From: Hyperthermus butylicus DSM 5456
Lineage (GTDB): Archaea; Thermoproteota; Thermoprotei_A; Sulfolobales; Pyrodictiaceae
Direction: 5' to 3'
Assembly (NCBI RefSeq): GCF_000015145.1
Contig: NC_008818.1
Coordinates: 660,001-692,000, forward strand
Length of the DNA: 32,000 bases
Shown here: one piece after another, positions 28,803 to 32,000 of the stretch
Position numbering within the stretch: the stretch's first letter is position 1
Layout: each line of letters opens with the position of its first letter
Notes under the pieces: model-generated
The model's input: only the letters and a program-made list of their open reading frames with translations
Told to the model about the DNA's origin: nothing
Databases searched by the model: none
Made by a program: the position numbers and the translations under genes

Positions 28803-30209
28803 TTATGTTCCGAGTTCTTCTATTATTTGCCATATGTTCCTGTTTTGGCATTTATATTCTTCTTTTACTTTGAATGCTACTGTGTTGTCTTGTTTCTTGA
28901 CTTCTATTATGTCTGTGTGCCAGCCTCCGTGTGCTAGTAGGTCTCTTGTGAGGATGCTTTTGTCCTTGCATTCCTGTTGTTGCATTTGATATACTGTTGC
29001 TAGGGGTGTCCACTCTGTTGGGATTAGGTTGGCTTTGAGCTTCTTTTTGAGCTTGCTTATCTCCCTGCTTTGTATGGATTCTATTATTGCCGTGTGTCTT
29101 AGTGTTTCTCTGAGCTTTTCCGCCTGGTTTAGTGTTGGGGTGGTTGTGTCTATTAGTTCTTCCTCAAGGATTTTTGCTATTGTATAGGTGTAGAGGATTG
29201 TCTTATATGCTTCTGTGAGCTGGCGGCATCTTGTGACCTCTAGTTTTTCCGGTGTCTTCTTTACGGTTATTCCTTCATGCCATAGCTTCTCTGTAGTGTT
29301 GTATGCTTGTTTGAGTTTTTCGAGCAGCTTTGCAGCGTATTTTGCTGTGTAGTAAACTAGTTGGGGTATGAGGCCGTATCTCAACATTTTGAGTAGTTTA
29401 AGTGCCTCGTCTACTGCTTCATCAAGCTCTTGTTTCTCGTCGCGGCCTATGGTGCATTCTCTGCTTGTCGGTTTTACGGGCGTCTTTTCTGCTGTGTTGA
29501 TTAGACTGTCTATGTTTGAGATTAGGTCTAGTGTTGTGTAGCGCCTCGCCATTATGAGGTGTATGGTTGCTGTGGGGGGTTCAATGCTTGCTGCTGGTTT
29601 GCAGGGATATTGGCGGTTTCTGGCCAGTTTTTTCCGCTCGTCGGCTGGGAGTATTATGGGGTCGCTATTGTAGACTTCGACCTTTACGGTTTCTGCTTTG
29701 GAGTGTTTTAGTGATGCTGCTAGGGCGTGTAGGGCTGCAACTTCCTCGACTGCTTTGAGGGCTGTTGAGGGCATGTAGTTTATCCCGTGGGTTAAATCTA
29801 GTACTATCGCCTTGACGGTTTCTCCCTCCCATGCTGGTTTTATGAGGGTGTCTAGGAGCTTGTAATAGTAGTCTGTCGGCTTGCCCCTGAAGACCCGGTG
29901 CTTCTGGGCTATCACTCCTGGGAGTATGTGTACCTCAGCCTTGCCTTGGAGCTGGCAGAGGTAATTCTTCACATACCTCCTAGCAGAGTCTATAACGTCC
30001 TCGTAGCCTGTAAGGGTGAAGGCGGGGTCTGCTAGGGTGTCGGCGGCCACTATCAGTATGCGGGCTTCAGGGTAAGCCTTGGCTACTGCTGCCAGCCCGG
30101 TGAAAGATTCTACCTCAACAGTTTTTCCGCCAGCTTTAAGTCGGTACCTTGTGTAGGTCCAACCCGCAGGATCCCCCCATGGGGCGACCGCTAGGATTTC
30201 GCCTCTCAT
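28803..30209 (-). CDS. csx1: CRISPR-associated CARF-HEPN protein Csx1
   Basis: 468 aa ORF: EILAVAPWGDPAGWTYTRYRL, IVLDLTHGINYMPSTAL (DxTHG), and C-terminal ILTRDLLAHGGWH matching the HEPN RxxxxH motif. Confidence 0.9.
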   Translation of the reverse strand: MRGEILAVAPWGDPAGWTYTRYRLKAGGKTVEVESFTGLAAVAKAYPEARILIVAADTLADPAFTLTGYEDVIDSARRYVKNYLCQLQGKAEVHILPGVIAQKHRVFRGKPTDYYYKLLDTLIKPAWEGETVKAIVLDLTHGINYMPSTALKAVEEVAALHALAASLKHSKAETVKVEVYNSDPIILPADERKKLARNRQYPCKPAASIEPPTATIHLIMARRYTTLDLISNIDSLINTAEKTPVKPTSRECTIGRDEKQELDEAVDEALKLLKMLRYGLIPQLVYYTAKYAAKLLEKLKQAYNTTEKLWHEGITVKKTPEKLEVTRCRQLTEAYKTILYTYTIAKILEEELIDTTTPTLNQAEKLRETLRHTAIIESIQSREISKLKKKLKANLIPTEWTPLATVYQMQQQECKDKSILTRDLLAHGGWHTDIIEVKKQDNTVAFKVKEEYKCQNRNIWQIIEELGT

Positions 30210-30239
30210 AGCCCTGGGCCCCGCGCGGGGCTGCCAGCG

Positions 30240-30717
30240 CTATACCAGCCTTAGCAGCTTGGCTTTGTGTGGTGTGGGTTTGCTGCATGGGCTTTGCGTT
30301 TTGCATAGCTGCTCGTATACCTAGTCGGGTAGTAGCTGCTACTATTGCCGTGCCGTGGCTGAATGCTTCTATTGCTGCCGCTACTGCCACTAGTTTTCGT
30401 CCTCCGCCCACCTCTAGTATTGTGACTGTGTCGAGCAGGTTTGCTAGCAGCTTCCTCAGAAGATTCAGGTGTTGGGGGGCCGTCTACGTCATTGAAGGGC
30501 AGTATTCTCACCTCGACCCTCACCCTTGGGGATCTACTGGTTGCTGGGCAGGAGCAGCTCGTGAATATTGCTGCTGCCTCTCTTGCTGCTTGGCTGCTTG
30601 CGGCTATGATGACGTGCTTGCCTATTGTGTAGCCTTGCCGTCCGAGTAGGCATGCTACTGTGTGGGGTGTGCCGGGCTTAGGCCTGAGAGTAAGACGAGC
30701 CTAACCCTCCCTCTCAA
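30240..30717 (-). pseudogene. Second CARF-domain protein (Csx14 / ring-nuclease-like), split across frames
   Basis: Composite of frames: RGRVRLVLLSGLSP / GTPHTVACLLGRQGYTIGKHVIIAASSQAAREAAAIFTS...PRVRVEVRILPFNDVD / HLNLLRKLLANLLDTVTILEVGGGRKLVAVAAAIEAFSHGTAIVAA. This follows the CARF order TLGxSPG, THVREAA, LPF.DV, GGRK. The 3' boundary is uncertain. Confidence 0.6.
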
Positions 30718-30743
30718 GAAACACTCAAAAAGAGAATTGTAAG
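30718..30743. repeat. Isolated CRISPR-repeat-like sequence
   Basis: GAAACACTCAAAAAGAGAATTGTAAG, closely matching GCAACAACTCAAAGAGAATTGTAAG at 28356-28380. A weaker relative GAATAACCCAAAAGAGATATTGTGGC is at 30788-30813. Confidence 0.35.
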
Positions 30744-30896
30744 GCATAGTATCTTGCCGACTGCTCTGCCGTCTCCTCATCGACGCCGAATAACCCAAAA
30801 GAGATATTGTGGCTGAGCTGTGTCCGGTCTTTTTGCGGAACATATTCCATGAGAATGCTTAAATGGGGGTTATAGTCGAAGGCTGGTTATTGGCTG

Positions 30897-31558
30897 TTAA
30901 CGGTTGTTGTGTGGGTCTGGTCTTTCTCCCTGTGCTGATGTTTGTGATGATGGTCTGGGCTTGGATGGGTAGAATCTGCTATGTTGATTGTGTTTTTTGA
31001 GTAGCTGGTGTTGCTTGGCTTTCCTTTTCATCCAGTCTATTAGGTCTGCTATCGACTCTCCCATACTTTCCTCGCTTAGCACTACTATGTCGGGGCTGTG
31101 GTAAACCAGACGCGGAGTATTATTGCAAATAGGTTTCTGTAGACCTCAGCATCTCTTACCGCCTCCGCTGCGAGGCGTGTAAGCTCTTCAAGCTTCTGCT
31201 TTGCCGAGGGTACCGGTAGCCCGGTTCGAATTCACCATTCTAGCTCCCTCGCGGCTTCTTCTGCTCCCTTCCTGCTCCCAGGTTCTCTTCACATTTTCCT
31301 CTACGACTTTTAACTCGCCACCTTGCAAATAATAAGGCCTACCAGGCTCTTGTAAGCTGCCCACGCCTTCTCAGTCGCATCCCGCACATCACCCTGGAGC
31401 AGCAGGCGGTGAGCCTCCTCGGTGAACAGCATAAGGTCCTCCTGATGCACCCTCTCAGCCAGCCTAGCGGCAGTCCGGAACCTAGGGAACAGTTCCTCCA
31501 GGGAAACAGCCACAGCGGCCACGTCGAAACCCCCTCCTGGGAAGTCTAACGGTATCAT
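30897..31558 (-). pseudogene. PaREP1/HEPN-like family protein, multiply frameshifted
   Basis: LAERVHQEDLMLFTEEAHRLLLQGDVRDATEKAWAAYKSLVGLI, then other frames: EAARELEW*IRTGLPVPSAKQKLEELTRLAAEAVRDAEVYRNLFAIILRVWF / VYHSPDIVVLSEESMGESIADLIDWMKRKAKQH. Together this is the expected PaREP1/HEPN order. Confidence 0.65.
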
Positions 31559-31717
31559 AAAGTAAGTAGGCTTCTGGGGCTGTTAGTGTGCTGGGATACG
31601 TCCTCTTGTGATGGAGATAAATTGTTAAGTAAAGGTTAAAACTTGCCGCCTCGGCAACCCACTCCTGGCACTCTGCCTAATACCCCCTTCCTCTCTACGA
31701 GCGAGGGCTGAATGTGA

Positions 31718-32000
31718 ATGGCGCAACAGGCTGGTAATGGTAGGCCTCTGGCTGGCTTCCTGGTTTTGGGCTATGCTGTGACACCCCTGCATCCCGGCGT
31801 GGGCAGGGCTCCCGGTGCTGTCGACCTTCCAGTCCAGCGTGACCCCATGGGCTACCCTATGGTTTACGCTTCAAGTGTTAAGGGCGCGTTGAAGGCTGAG
31901 TGTGCTAAGCAGGCTGGCGACAAATGCTTCGACGATAGGGGCAGGATAAAATGTAATGATAAGGATGAGGACTGCGCACTGTGCTGCTGCCTCTTCGGCC
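31718..32000 (+). CDS. cmr4: Type III-B CRISPR RAMP protein Cmr4 (5' part; continues beyond the window)
   Basis: MAQQAGNGRPLAGFLVLGYAVTPLHPGVGRAPGAVDLPVQRDPMGYPMVYASSVKGALKAECAKQAGDKC...; LHPG.G...G.VDLP.QR....GYP...SS.KGAL is the Cmr4 signature. Confidence 0.93.
   Translation, partial: MAQQAGNGRPLAGFLVLGYAVTPLHPGVGRAPGAVDLPVQRDPMGYPMVYASSVKGALKAECAKQAGDKCFDDRGRIKCNDKDEDCALCCCLFG

Noticed and set aside
30269-30649. 126-aa plus-strand ORF opposite the broken CARF gene
   Set aside because: Composition is Cys/Ala/Arg-rich with no family resemblance, while the opposite strand carries coherent CARF motifs, so this is likely an antisense shadow ORF.
31210-31260. GGTTCGAATTC at about 31227, resembling a tRNA T-arm
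   Set aside because: The flanking bases do not form a 5-bp T stem, no acceptor or anticodon arm could be drawn, and the stretch is explained by the PaREP1/HEPN remnant (IRTGLPVPS on the minus strand).

Overview
Archaeal, crenarchaeal-looking (Desulfurococcales/Pyrodictiaceae-type by inference) 32 kb chromosomal window. Supported content: the NAD biosynthesis cluster nadX (partial)-nadC-nadA; an ADP-ribosylglycohydrolase; PH-like and SHOCT small proteins; a disrupted crcB next to a DUF190 gene; an enolase-superfamily dipeptide epimerase; a polar amino-acid ABC transporter (SBP, permease, ATPase, permease); a cobalamin adenosyltransferase-like protein; a dolichol kinase/CDP-like membrane protein; winged-helix regulators; Mth938-like, phosphoesterase and Usp proteins; a collapsed CopB-type P1B ATPase; DHH phosphoesterase and NifX/NifB-like proteins; a VapBC pair with a damaged toxin; a thioredoxin-fold protein; a stand-alone Cas4-like PD-(D/E)XK nuclease; an ArsR-like HTH + DUF4097-like protein; a P-loop kinase-like protein; and a phosphodiesterase. 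The right end (about 28.3-32 kb) is the edge of a type III-B CRISPR-Cmr locus: an intact Csx1 (CARF with LDLTHG, HEPN with RDLLAH), a disrupted second CARF gene (Csx14/ring-nuclease-like), a disrupted PaREP1/HEPN-like gene, isolated CRISPR-repeat-like motifs, and the 5' part of cmr4 running off the window. The most striking property is the density of broken genes. At least seven genes carry frameshifts, often at homopolymers, or in-frame stops: the ADP-ribosylglycohydrolase, crcB, copB, vapC, the CARF gene, the PaREP1 gene, and a secreted/anchored protein at 27.2-28.0 kb. nadX lacks a canonical start before its Rossmann motif. All family calls are from by-eye motif recognition; no database search was run.
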